The notes under the pieces are model-generated. The model was not told where the DNA came from. It saw nothing but the letters and a program-made list of their open reading frames with translations, and ran no database searches. Below are positions 49,493-58,504 of a stretch of DNA of 58,813 bases, in pieces (positions within the stretch are counted from its first letter, which is position 1; each line of letters starts with the position of its first letter). A program made the position numbers and the translations under genes. The stretch covers positions 1 to 58,813 of the forward strand of contig JALXBF010000095.1 in NCBI GenBank assembly GCA_026991575.1, in the 5' to 3' direction. This DNA is from Planctomycetota bacterium. Lineage in GTDB: Bacteria > Planctomycetota > Planctomycetia > JALXBF01.

Positions 49493-51238
49493 ATGAAGCT
49501 CACCACTCCCCTAGTCTGGATCCTGCGCAAGACCATCGGCCGTGTTGTCATCTGGAAAGCACGTCGCGCAGTCGCCGCCTTCAAACAGGCGGCAGCCCAC
49601 TGCCGCGAAACTCAGCAGCGGGTTGTGCTCGAGAAGATCGCACGAAATGCAGAAAGCGACTTCGGCCAGGCGCACCACTTCCAGTCGATTGCCAGCATCG
49701 AAGACTTCCGTCGTGCCGTGCCGATCACGACGTACGACTACTACGAACCGTACATCGAACGCCTCAAACGCGGTGAAGTGCGCGCCATGTTCGGCAGCGG
49801 CCAAAAGCTGCTGATGTTCGCACTCACCAGCGGTACCACCGCCCGACAGAAGTACATTCCGATCACCGACGTCGCGCTGAAAGAGTACAAGCGCGGCTGG
49901 ATGCTCTGGGGCCTGCACGTCTTCGACCAGCATCGAACCATCTTCTCGGCCGACTCCCAAACCCTGCAGCTGGCCAGCGATTGGGAGGAGTTCCGTACCG
50001 AAGGAGGGATTCCGTGCGGCTCGGTCAGCGGCTTGACCGCCGCCATGCACGGCTGGATTATCCGTCGCCGCTACTGCTTGCCGCCGATCATCGTCAAGAT
50101 CAAAGACAGCCTCGCCCGCTACTACACCGCTCTCAGGCTCGCGCTGCCTGCGCCGATCGCGATGGCCGTCGCACCGAATCCCAGTACGCTGATCACGCTG
50201 GCGCGGCTCGGGGACGAATACAAGGAGTCACTGCTCCGCGACCTGGCCGACGGCACACTCAGCTCCCGGTTCGACATCCCAGGCCACGTGCGCGACGCGC
50301 TACGGCCACGGATCCGTAAGCGATGGCGCAGCTTCGTGCGAGACATGGAACGGATCGTCGAGCGGGAAGGGCACCTGTACCCAAAGCACTACTGGCCACG
50401 ACTCACCCTGCTGGCCAACTGGACCGGCGGCACCGTTCGCGCATACCTGCGTGACTACCCGGAATACTTCGGCGATGTCCCGGTTCGTGACATCGGGCTG
50501 ATCGCCAGCGAAGGCCGCATGACCGTGCCAGTGGAAGACGGCACCCCTGCCGGCGTGTTGGATATCGTGCACGGGTTCTTTGAGTTTATCCCGGAGGAGG
50601 AGATCGAATCAGCGAACCCAACAGTATTGCTGGCGCACGAGCTGCAAGAAGGCAAGAACTACTACATCCTCATCACCACCTCGAGCGGACTGTACCGATA
50701 CGACATTCGCGATGTGGTCCGCTGCGTCGGCTGGTACCACAACACGCCGGTGTTGGAGTTCCTGCATAAGGGGGCTCACATCGCGAACATGACCGGCGAA
50801 AAGCTGACCGAGCATCAGGTCGTGACGGCTGTCGAGCAAGCGGTCAGCCGGCTCAGCCTGCGATGTCGAACCTACACGCTAGCCCCCGTCTGGGACCGAG
50901 TCCCCTACTACGCGCTGCTTGTCGAGCACCGTGACCTGAGCGACCATGCAGCTGCCGCGAAGCTGGCGGCCGAGGTCGACCAGGCTCTGCGGAGGCTGAA
51001 TGCCGAGTACGACTACAAGCGGGAGAGCTTGCGGTTGGGGCCCGTGCGTGTGCGCCTGATCCCGAACGGATCCTGGCAACGGCTTCGGGATCGAAAGCTG
51101 TCCGAAAGAGGCGGAACGCTCGAGCAGTACAAACATCCTTGCATCGCGGCCACCCTGGACTTTGCCAACCAGTTCCGCGCTATTGCCGAAGTAGCCCCCG
51201 TCGGTTCCCCATTGACCGAACGGGCTGCCACCGGGTAG
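49493..51238 (+). CDS. GH3 family acyl-adenylate / acyl acid-amido synthetase
   Basis: FRRAVPITTYD, LTSGTT..KYIP, IASEG, FFEFIP, GLYRYDIRD, TGEKLTE. Confidence 0.9.
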   Translation: MKLTTPLVWILRKTIGRVVIWKARRAVAAFKQAAAHCRETQQRVVLEKIARNAESDFGQAHHFQSIASIEDFRRAVPITTYDYYEPYIERLKRGEVRAMFGSGQKLLMFALTSGTTARQKYIPITDVALKEYKRGWMLWGLHVFDQHRTIFSADSQTLQLASDWEEFRTEGGIPCGSVSGLTAAMHGWIIRRRYCLPPIIVKIKDSLARYYTALRLALPAPIAMAVAPNPSTLITLARLGDEYKESLLRDLADGTLSSRFDIPGHVRDALRPRIRKRWRSFVRDMERIVEREGHLYPKHYWPRLTLLANWTGGTVRAYLRDYPEYFGDVPVRDIGLIASEGRMTVPVEDGTPAGVLDIVHGFFEFIPEEEIESANPTVLLAHELQEGKNYYILITTSSGLYRYDIRDVVRCVGWYHNTPVLEFLHKGAHIANMTGEKLTEHQVVTAVEQAVSRLSLRCRTYTLAPVWDRVPYYALLVEHRDLSDHAAAAKLAAEVDQALRRLNAEYDYKRESLRLGPVRVRLIPNGSWQRLRDRKLSERGGTLEQYKHPCIAATLDFANQFRAIAEVAPVGSPLTERAATG

Positions 51239-51326
51239 GGGGGCCAGCCCGATTTGCAGCGGATCTGTCATCAAGCGACCGCGCCCATTGACCCGCTCAA
51301 CACCGTCCCGGCCAGATGGGCCGCAC

Positions 51327-52454
51327 TCAGGGGCGAGCAAAGTGGAGTGCGATGAGCGCGTAGCCGGTACAAAGATTCGGATCCCCCTCGTACCAGCGTT
51401 TCGCTGTGTTTACCCAGGAGCCGTCCGCGCGCTGTCGGCGGGCGAGCGCGTCGACAAGCTCAACACGCCACGGGTGCTTGTTGCCTGCAGCGTCCACGAA
51501 CGGATCCTCGCCCAGGGCGTAGAGCGCCTTGGCCATGGTCTGGTAGTAGTAGTACAAGCCCTGTAGCTCCTTACCTTTTGGCATGCCCGGATTCCGTTCG
51601 GTGGTGTAGTTCTTGCGAATCCAGTCCACCGCGGCACGGATGCGCGGATCGTTGCGATCCACGCCGCAGTAGATCATGCTCTTCAGACCGGCGTATGTCA
51701 TCGAGCCGTAGGAGCGCCAGCCACTGGACTCGGTCTTGCCTGCCTTACTCTCGCCGCCGAGCACCGGCGTGTAGATGAAGCCCCCGTCGTTGACCTTGGC
51801 TGCGAACGGCAGCGTGTTGTACTCGCTGGCCAGGTTCTGGCACCGCGACAGGAAAATCAGTGCCTTGCGAAAAGCCGGATCGTCGCTGGGAAGGCCTGTG
51901 GTGTGGAGGGCCTCGATGGCTAGCTGTGTGTTGGAGAGATCCGGCCGCTTCTTCGAATCATAGCCAATGCCCCCGTAGTACGGATGGGACGGATCGTACC
52001 CTTCGCCCTCGTCGGCCTGCAGCTCTTTCAGGAATTGCTGGGCGGCGCGGATGAGGCTGTCGTAGCGGCCATCCTTGTTGGCTTCATGGAAGGCCATCAG
52101 GGCTACGGACGTCGTGTAGGCCGCGTGGCGCTTCGGGTAGATGCCACCATCGGGTTGGACGTACTGCTCAAGGTAGCCCAGCGCCTTGCGCACCCAGGGT
52201 TCATCCGGCGAAACGCGGCCGGTCTTCAGCACGCCAGTTACCACCACAGCCGTCACGCCGGGCTCCAGATGTGGGCTCCAGGCTCCGTTGGCCGACTGCG
52301 AAGTGCGCAGAAAATGCAGGCCTCTGGAAACGAGCCGGTCGTAGAGCACCGGATCAGGGTCTGTCTCGCCGGCAAACAACCGGACGTAGTTCAGTAGGCT
52401 TGCCGTTGCGGCAGCGGACGCAATCGTGAAGAACTGTCGCCGAGATACGTGCAT
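51327..52454 (-). CDS. Tat-exported prenyltransferase/squalene-oxidase repeat protein
   Basis: SRRQFF twin-Arg signal; QW-like repeats (QSANGAW, QPDGG, QRADGSW); GGAGGAGG SD. Confidence 0.85.
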   Translation of the reverse strand: MHVSRRQFFTIASAAATASLLNYVRLFAGETDPDPVLYDRLVSRGLHFLRTSQSANGAWSPHLEPGVTAVVVTGVLKTGRVSPDEPWVRKALGYLEQYVQPDGGIYPKRHAAYTTSVALMAFHEANKDGRYDSLIRAAQQFLKELQADEGEGYDPSHPYYGGIGYDSKKRPDLSNTQLAIEALHTTGLPSDDPAFRKALIFLSRCQNLASEYNTLPFAAKVNDGGFIYTPVLGGESKAGKTESSGWRSYGSMTYAGLKSMIYCGVDRNDPRIRAAVDWIRKNYTTERNPGMPKGKELQGLYYYYQTMAKALYALGEDPFVDAAGNKHPWRVELVDALARRQRADGSWVNTAKRWYEGDPNLCTGYALIALHFARP

Positions 52455-52476
52455 GCAGCCTCCTCCAAAGCGTAGA

Positions 52477-52764
52477 TTACTCAATCCGCGCCAGGATCTC
52501 CTCTTCACGTAGGATCCTCAACTTCTCCCCGTCCAACTCGATTTCCTGGCCGGCCCACCGGTTGAACAGCACACGGTCCCCCTCGTGCACTTCCAGCGGC
52601 ACGATTTTGCCATTTGGCAACCGGTGTCCGTCGCCGACGCTGAGCACTTTACCTTCGACGGTTTCTTCGCGTACCGTCTCTGGCAGGGCGATGCCGCTAG
52701 CGGTTTGAGCGGGCCGCTCGACTTCGCGGACGATCACGTTATCGCCAAGTGGCACAATTTTCAT
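52477..52764 (-). CDS. groES: Co-chaperonin GroES (no adjacent groEL)
   Basis: 95 aa MKIVPLGDNVIV..TASGIALP..VGDG..GDRVLF..LREEEILA. Confidence 0.94.
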   Translation of the reverse strand: MKIVPLGDNVIVREVERPAQTASGIALPETVREETVEGKVLSVGDGHRLPNGKIVPLEVHEGDRVLFNRWAGQEIELDGEKLRILREEEILARIE

Positions 52765-52770
52765 CGCTGT

Positions 52771-52831
52771 GCAGGCTCCAGCTACGTGTGCCGTCAGCGC
52801 GACGTATTCAACTTCAATCCTAGGAGCCTGC
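52771..52831 (-). promoter_or_regulatory. SD-sequestering 5'UTR hairpin of groES
   Basis: Perfect 9-bp inverted repeat GCAGGCTCC (52771-52779) / GGAGCCTGC (52823-52831) covering the GGAG SD. Confidence 0.5.
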
Positions 52832-53752
52832 GCCAGCGGCAACCAGCCGCCCCATGGATCCCTGTCCCGGCGAGACCCATCCCGATCGGTCCACGGCAGA
52901 TGCCACGCAAATTCGATTCCTTCGACGAATCTGTTGCTGTGCGGGCGCGCCCGCTGGAATGGCAAACCGAGCGATCCGGCGCAAGGTGCTTTCGTGCTTG
53001 TGTCCCGCTCGCGCCGCCGACGTGCCTGCACCGGCTTTGCCGCAGTGCCAAGGCAGCTGGCCTCCTGGGGGCTGTAATTGCGGTTAGTGGTTTGCGACGG
53101 CGTTGTCGCTGTTGCCAGGGCCCCGGGTCAGAGTGGTTTCTCCACCGGGAACGCAGAGGCACGCTTTGGTACACGAGCTTGCCGGAACGGGGGCCGGAGA
53201 GGCTCTTCACCTCCCCTGGACACGAGATTGTTCAGCTGGCACCGGCCGCCCCGAAAGCCCGTTCCTCCCCGGCTCGGTCGTGCCGACGAGTGCATCGCGG
53301 CGGTAGCGCGGAGCTGCACGCGGCACATGCCGACCCACATGAGCCCGCGCGTGCCGTGCGAAAGATCCGGATATTACACCGCACGTAAGGGGACGGGCGC
53401 CGGCCGATCATCCCCCGAACGCCGGCCGCTGGGCGTGGCGCCTCGGGCGCCATGGCGTCTCAGACGGACAGCAAGAGCGACATCGGGTCGCCAGTGCTGG
53501 CCGATCATCGTCGCGACCGAGGCAACAGCCCCCGGCCGCTGGCGTGGCGGGGCTGCGCGGAGCAACCTGCTCGGACCGACCGGCCAGAAAGCGGGCTGCA
53601 TGCTGCTGCCACCTCCCGGCCCAAGGGCGACTTCCCAGGCGGCGCGTGCATGACAGTTCAACAGGACTCGCCCCGCGGCGGGCTTGGCTGGCTGCGCCCG
53701 GTCCATAGAATGAACAGCACCAAGTAGGGAACCTTCGCCAGAGGTGGGAACG

Positions 53753-53938
53753 ATGTCGCTCGACAAGAGCCTGAAGGCGGGAACCCGTTACGGAAAACGC
53801 CGTAACGTACTGAAGCGTGCTGAGCGCATCAAGCTGATGCAGCAATGGGAAGTCTGGGCGGAGGAGATCGGCCCGTATGGGTTGCCCAAGATCCGCACGG
53901 ACAAACCGCTGAAGACAACGCCCAAGCGGCGAGACTGA
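53753..53938 (+). CDS. PVC-superphylum small basic signature protein
   Basis: 61 aa MSLDKSLK..RNVLKRAERI..W..GLPKIR matches the family pattern as I recall it; GAGGTGG SD. Confidence 0.88.
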   Translation: MSLDKSLKAGTRYGKRRNVLKRAERIKLMQQWEVWAEEIGPYGLPKIRTDKPLKTTPKRRD

Positions 53939-53962
53939 TGGGCACACGGCACTCGTGTCCAC

Positions 53963-54886
53963 TCAGCCGGAACGCCTGTACAGGTCTTGCAACGCGTCAC
54001 GCAGGGTCGGGAACCGGAATTCAAAGCCCTCCTCCGCTAACCGCCGCGACACGCAGTAACGGCCGTAGATCGCCAGCTCTGGGTCCGTGCGCAGGAGCAG
54101 TGGGGCGGCGATGCGCACCAGCCACGCCGGGCTAGGTAGACCGATCGGCATACCTACGGCCCGACGCAGTTCACGCATGAATTCTGCATTCGACACCGGA
54201 TTCGGTGCCGTCGCTACGTAGACGCCCTCCATCTGATCCTCCTCAATCGCCCGTTCGAACAATCGATTCATGTCATGCTCGTGGATCCAGCTGACTCCCT
54301 GGCGACCGTGCCCCACTCGTCCACCGAGGCCCCAGCGTGCCAGTTTCTCCAGTCTCCGCAACGCACCGCCGCCGCGGCCCAGCACGAATGTCGTACGTAG
54401 CACCACCTGCCGCATGCCCGGTAGCACCGATTCGCGGTATGCCTGTTCCCAGGCGTGGGCTACAAACGGTGCCAACCCGTAGCCGAACGGCGAATCCTCG
54501 TCGCAGACCACCTCTGGAGGATCGCCATAGCAGTGGGCAGTCGACATCTGTACCCACACCGGAGGCGGCGTCTGCACCGTTTGCAGTGCTCGGCCAATGG
54601 CCCTGGTCGACTCCACCCGCGAGCGCAGGATCTCATCGCAATGATCCGGGGTCTTGATGCAGTCGACCGAGCGCCCGGCCAGGTTCACGATCGCCCTGGC
54701 TCCGTCAAGGGCACGCGCCCAGTCGCCGACTGTCCGTCCGTCCCAGCACAACCACTCGAACTTCCCCTCAAGGCTCGGCTGGTGCCGGGAGACGATCACG
54801 ATGTCGTACCTATCCTGTAGGTACCGGGTCAGGTTCCGGCCGAGAAAGCCTGAGCCGCCCGTGATGACGATCCGCTGCCTGGCCAT
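53963..54886 (-). CDS. TIGR01777/YfcH-like NAD-dependent epimerase family protein
   Basis: [48 protein letters not shown]. Confidence 0.9.
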   Translation of the reverse strand: MARQRIVITGGSGFLGRNLTRYLQDRYDIVIVSRHQPSLEGKFEWLCWDGRTVGDWARALDGARAIVNLAGRSVDCIKTPDHCDEILRSRVESTRAIGRALQTVQTPPPVWVQMSTAHCYGDPPEVVCDEDSPFGYGLAPFVAHAWEQAYRESVLPGMRQVVLRTTFVLGRGGGALRRLEKLARWGLGGRVGHGRQGVSWIHEHDMNRLFERAIEEDQMEGVYVATAPNPVSNAEFMRELRRAVGMPIGLPSPAWLVRIAAPLLLRTDPELAIYGRYCVSRRLAEEGFEFRFPTLRDALQDLYRRSG

Positions 54887-54944
54887 AAGCCAACCGCTCT
54901 AGCGCCGCGTGATCCGACCCCGATCTGGTCAGCTGTCCGTCATC

Positions 54945-55811
54945 TTAGTCCGTACTGGCGGCCGTTAAGACGAGCCGATCGAGCCAGTCAATCAGGTCTC
55001 GAATGAACGGCTCCGGATCTGGTTCGAACTCCAGCGTGTGGTGGGCTTCAGGGTACTCGATGATCCTCTTCTGATCCGTTGCGAACCGGGACACATATGC
55101 CTTGGTTCTTTCGTTGTCGATGATCCTGTCTTTGCCGGCCAACAGCAGGAGCGTTGGTGTGTGGATTTGCTCGGGAGCGTCACGCAGGTACCAGTCCAGC
55201 CGCGCGCTGGCCACCAGCATCGAGGCGGTGGCCTCATGTAACGCGAGGGGATCGTTGCGGAGGAACTCCAGCCAGCGAGGATTCGCCGTAAACAGCTCCG
55301 GGTCGTTCAGCGGGATCGGGAACCTCCGATGTGGTGCAAACAAGCGACTCAGGCCAATTAGCAGCTTCTGGTACCAGGGGGGGGAAACTTTTGGGAACAG
55401 GCCTGGGCACAGCAGCACGAGGCCATCGATGAGCTGCGGGTGGTCTTTCGCGATGGCCACCGCTAGCTTCCCTCCCCAGCTAACCGCGGTGAGCACCACT
55501 GGCCGCCGCGGTTCCATGACTCGCACTCGGCTCAGGAACAACACCAGATCGTCAATCAGCACCTGAAAGTTCCGAGCGTGGCCGCGCTGGTAATCGTTCA
55601 ACCCGGATCCGCGGCGATCCAGGTAGAAGACCTCATAGCCCGCGCTGCAGAGACGCCCGGAGGAGTGCAGGTACCAGCCGCTGTGGCTTTGAATGCCGTG
55701 AATGCAGACCAATCGTCCGCGCAGCGGGCCATCGGGCCGCCAGTGGCGGTAGTGCAGCAGGTATCCGTCCTGTGCCGAGTAGGTTGCCAGTCTGGGACTG
55801 CAGTTACTCAA
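54945..55811 (-). CDS. Alpha/beta hydrolase (lysophospholipase/monoglyceride lipase-like)
   Basis: HGIQSHSGWY, DRRGSG, AVSWGG, DRII, HHTL; start overlaps the upstream stop. Confidence 0.88.
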   Translation of the reverse strand: MSNCSPRLATYSAQDGYLLHYRHWRPDGPLRGRLVCIHGIQSHSGWYLHSSGRLCSAGYEVFYLDRRGSGLNDYQRGHARNFQVLIDDLVLFLSRVRVMEPRRPVVLTAVSWGGKLAVAIAKDHPQLIDGLVLLCPGLFPKVSPPWYQKLLIGLSRLFAPHRRFPIPLNDPELFTANPRWLEFLRNDPLALHEATASMLVASARLDWYLRDAPEQIHTPTLLLLAGKDRIIDNERTKAYVSRFATDQKRIIEYPEAHHTLEFEPDPEPFIRDLIDWLDRLVLTAASTD

Positions 55812-56988
55812 CGCTTCGTTCCTGTACGTGCCTGGTCACACGGGCCAACGCCTCGCGATCGATGCTTACCCCCAAGCCTGGGCCTTCGATGGCTGGTGCC
55901 CAGCCCCCGAAGCCGAATGTCAGATCTTCGACCGTGAGCCGCTCCTTAAGCAAATGTCGGTCATAGGATCCCTCCAGGTATCGAATGCCGGCCAGGTTGG
56001 TCGCGAAGTGGCGGCCGACGGCCGAGAGGATGCCGGTCTCGCCGACCTGACAACCCAGTTGATAGCCGATGCCGTGGCGGTGAGCGTAAGCAGCGATGAG
56101 CGTGGCGTTGATGAGGCCGCCACACTTGGAGATACGGATATTGAGCAGATCGGCGGTGCCATCCTGCACGGTCCGGCGTGCGTCCTCCAGACTGCAGAGC
56201 GACTCGTCATGCATGAGCGCCACGGGGACTGAGCCGCGCACGCTGGCCAGAGCAGCCACGTGCTCGTGCCGCACCGGCTGCTCCACCGACGAAATCCGAA
56301 ACTCCAGGAGCTCCTCAATACGCTGCCGTACCTCGCCAGGCTCCCACCCTTCATTCGCGTCGATGCGCAGGTCGATCTGCCATCCCAGCACGCGGCGGAT
56401 CCTGCGCAACCGAGTCACGTCGTCGGTGCTGCCGTCCACCCCGACTTTCACCTTGCAGTCCTTAAAGCCGTAAAGCCGGGTACGCAGCGCGCGGAGAAAC
56501 TCCTTCTTGCGGCTGCCCACGGTGATGACGTGGCCGTAGCGAACCCAGCGGCGGTGCTGCCTGATAGGCCGCGCCTCGGGCAGGCAATCGAACACGGCAG
56601 TCATCGGCGTATTGAAGGCACGTCCGTAGGCATCCAGCAGCGCGGTTTCCAGCGCACAGCGGGCAGCGTTCCCAAACGCGCGCCTCGGATCCCGCTCGCT
56701 GCCGGGCATCACCAGCTCCCGACACCGTTGGACGACGTCTTCGAATGACCGAGGTGCGTGCACGAACGCGCTCAAGTCCACCCGGCACAGCTCTTCCGTA
56801 GCGGTGGCCATCGTCTCACCCGTTACGTACGCGCGCGGCACGCCCTCACCAAAGCCGCTTGTGCCGTCGGCCAGCACCGCTTCGACCACAAGATTCTCGC
56901 TTGTCTCGTGCGTGGCCGAAGCATGCTGGACCTTCTTCAACAGGGGAATGGCCACGTGGTAGATTCGCAGTAGCTTCAGGGGTGCCAT
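55804..56988 (-). CDS. Enolase-superfamily dipeptide epimerase / MLE-like protein
   Basis: GFGEG, KVKVG, DANE, EQP, DES, NIRISKCGG, GCQVGET, GPGLG. Confidence 0.88.
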   Translation of the reverse strand: MAPLKLLRIYHVAIPLLKKVQHASATHETSENLVVEAVLADGTSGFGEGVPRAYVTGETMATATEELCRVDLSAFVHAPRSFEDVVQRCRELVMPGSERDPRRAFGNAARCALETALLDAYGRAFNTPMTAVFDCLPEARPIRQHRRWVRYGHVITVGSRKKEFLRALRTRLYGFKDCKVKVGVDGSTDDVTRLRRIRRVLGWQIDLRIDANEGWEPGEVRQRIEELLEFRISSVEQPVRHEHVAALASVRGSVPVALMHDESLCSLEDARRTVQDGTADLLNIRISKCGGLINATLIAAYAHRHGIGYQLGCQVGETGILSAVGRHFATNLAGIRYLEGSYDRHLLKERLTVEDLTFGFGGWAPAIEGPGLGVSIDREALARVTRHVQERSVE

Positions 56989-57020
56989 GCGCGTGTCCGT
57001 TTCCGGGAGGAAGCGGCGTG

Positions 57021-58463
57021 TTAGCTCACCCAAGCGTTCCAGGTGAGGATGCAGCCGACGGCCACGATCACCAGGGCTGCCGCTATAGAGAGGTATCGGC
57101 CGAGCCGTTCCCCGGCATCGGACCATAGTCCCAACAGCCGCGGGATCTTTACCACCATTACCGCAATGCCCACGAGCACAGCGGCTAGCCCGAGCGTAAA
57201 GGCCGTCAGCAGGACCAGGCCCCAGCCGGTTCGTCCGACGGCCACGGCCCACAGCAGCAGCGCGACGCCGTCCCAGCAAGGCACCATACCGGCAGCGGCA
57301 CCGATGCTTGCGACGCCAAGCCAGCCGAGTCTGCGACGGCTACGCGGCGCGTCGTTGACCGCACGCCGATCGCCGCGACGTGCCGCAGCAATCCGTCCTG
57401 CCAGCAGTAGGCTGCCGACGACGACGACCAACAGACCAGAAACCAGCGCCAGAGTCCGGCCTAGTGTCCGATCGAGTGCCGGATCGATGATGGCCAGCAC
57501 GGCGGCAGCGGCGAAGACAGCGCCTGTGTGGGTGACCACGATCGTTGCGGCCAGGCCAAGGGCGTGGGCAAGCGAACCACGCTGAGCCACCAGGAAAGCG
57601 GCGGCGACGGTCTTGCCGTGGCCGGGCGTGAGGGCATGGGCGGCGCCCACACCGAAGGCAGCCAGCAGTGCCAGGACCATGGCCACCGGGCCTTCAGGGG
57701 CGAGTAGTTCGCGGAGTCGAACGCGCCGGGCCGTGGATGCGGGGCTCTGACCCGCCGGCCCGCGGGGTTCACTCTGCCGCTCGGCCCCGGTTAGCATTCG
57801 GTCAACAATCTGGTCGGTGCCGTTGGAGGCACGCAGTCCGGGCGTGACGATGCGCAGCGTCGCATCAATGCGCCGCGCTGCGTCGGCCTCCTCCGGGGTC
57901 ATCTGCCACCCCGGGCGCACCCGTACCTCGTCCACCGTCCACGGCGCGCTGCTTCGCAGTAGTTCTGTGCCGTCAAGTGGACACAGGGCCATTCGGACAG
58001 CGCCCCGTTCGAGGAAAAAGTTCGTATCTTCAACCTGAATGAACAGCTCCTCGCCCTCGGCCAGCTCAGGTAGCTTTCCATCGAACCGGAACCGGAAGCG
58101 AGGATGCCCTTCGAACGTGTCGTAGTTGAACCCGATCGGCTTCAGAGGGACTTCGGCACCGTTGGCTTCCACAAGCACGCCGCCGGCAAGCAGGTCGGCC
58201 ATCTCCTGAGCGAACCGTTCCAGCCAGCGGTCCGCCGGAAGCTGTGCCAGCCCGTCCGGGCCGACCAACGCCATCAGCTCCTCCGCGAGCGTCAATTCGG
58301 AAACGCTCAGGTCGTAGAGCACATGGATCGCTCCCGGCTCGACAGCAACTTGCACGGCGCGGTCGAAGAAGCGGTTCGGCACGTCATGTGCCACAGCCCG
58401 GGTTACAAGCAGGCAAAGCGCGCCGCACGATATTGACAGGATGGCTCGGGAGCGGAGCTTCAT
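57021..58463 (-). CDS. Ni/Co transporter (RcnA/NiCoT-like) with N-terminal extracytoplasmic domain
   Basis: HALTPGHGKT, THT, GMVPC, FTLGLA motifs; signal peptide followed by HDVP. Confidence 0.82.
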   Translation of the reverse strand: MKLRSRAILSISCGALCLLVTRAVAHDVPNRFFDRAVQVAVEPGAIHVLYDLSVSELTLAEELMALVGPDGLAQLPADRWLERFAQEMADLLAGGVLVEANGAEVPLKPIGFNYDTFEGHPRFRFRFDGKLPELAEGEELFIQVEDTNFFLERGAVRMALCPLDGTELLRSSAPWTVDEVRVRPGWQMTPEEADAARRIDATLRIVTPGLRASNGTDQIVDRMLTGAERQSEPRGPAGQSPASTARRVRLRELLAPEGPVAMVLALLAAFGVGAAHALTPGHGKTVAAAFLVAQRGSLAHALGLAATIVVTHTGAVFAAAAVLAIIDPALDRTLGRTLALVSGLLVVVVGSLLLAGRIAAARRGDRRAVNDAPRSRRRLGWLGVASIGAAAGMVPCWDGVALLLWAVAVGRTGWGLVLLTAFTLGLAAVLVGIAVMVVKIPRLLGLWSDAGERLGRYLSIAAALVIVAVGCILTWNAWVS

Positions 58464-58504
58464 GGCGAGTTCTCGTCGTCCGTCCGCGGAAGGCTCCACT
58501 GCCA

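Noticed and set aside
51327..52454. Squalene-hopene cyclase call
   Set aside because: Only about 375 aa (single barrel), has a Tat signal and lacks the DxDD motif
53025..53051. CIRCE-like element CCTGCACCG-N9-CAGTGCCAA upstream of groES
   Set aside because: Spacing is correct and one arm matches 7/9, but the other matches only 4/9 and it lies about 260 nt from the start; too degenerate to call
53165..53185. Sigma54 promoter TGGTAC..TTGC
   Set aside because: GG-to-GC spacing is 11 nt rather than the required 10
53067..53450. Possible tmRNA, SRP RNA or cobalamin riboswitch in the large intergenic gap
   Set aside because: GGGGGCTG start lacks the TTCGAC and 3' T-arm/CCA of tmRNA; no SRP GGAAGGAAGCAG motif; no AGGGAA or B12 box
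52585..53766. ORFs of 130-267 aa crossing the groES/signature-protein gap
   Set aside because: Arg/Pro/Ala-rich with no motifs or SD; typical spurious high-GC frames
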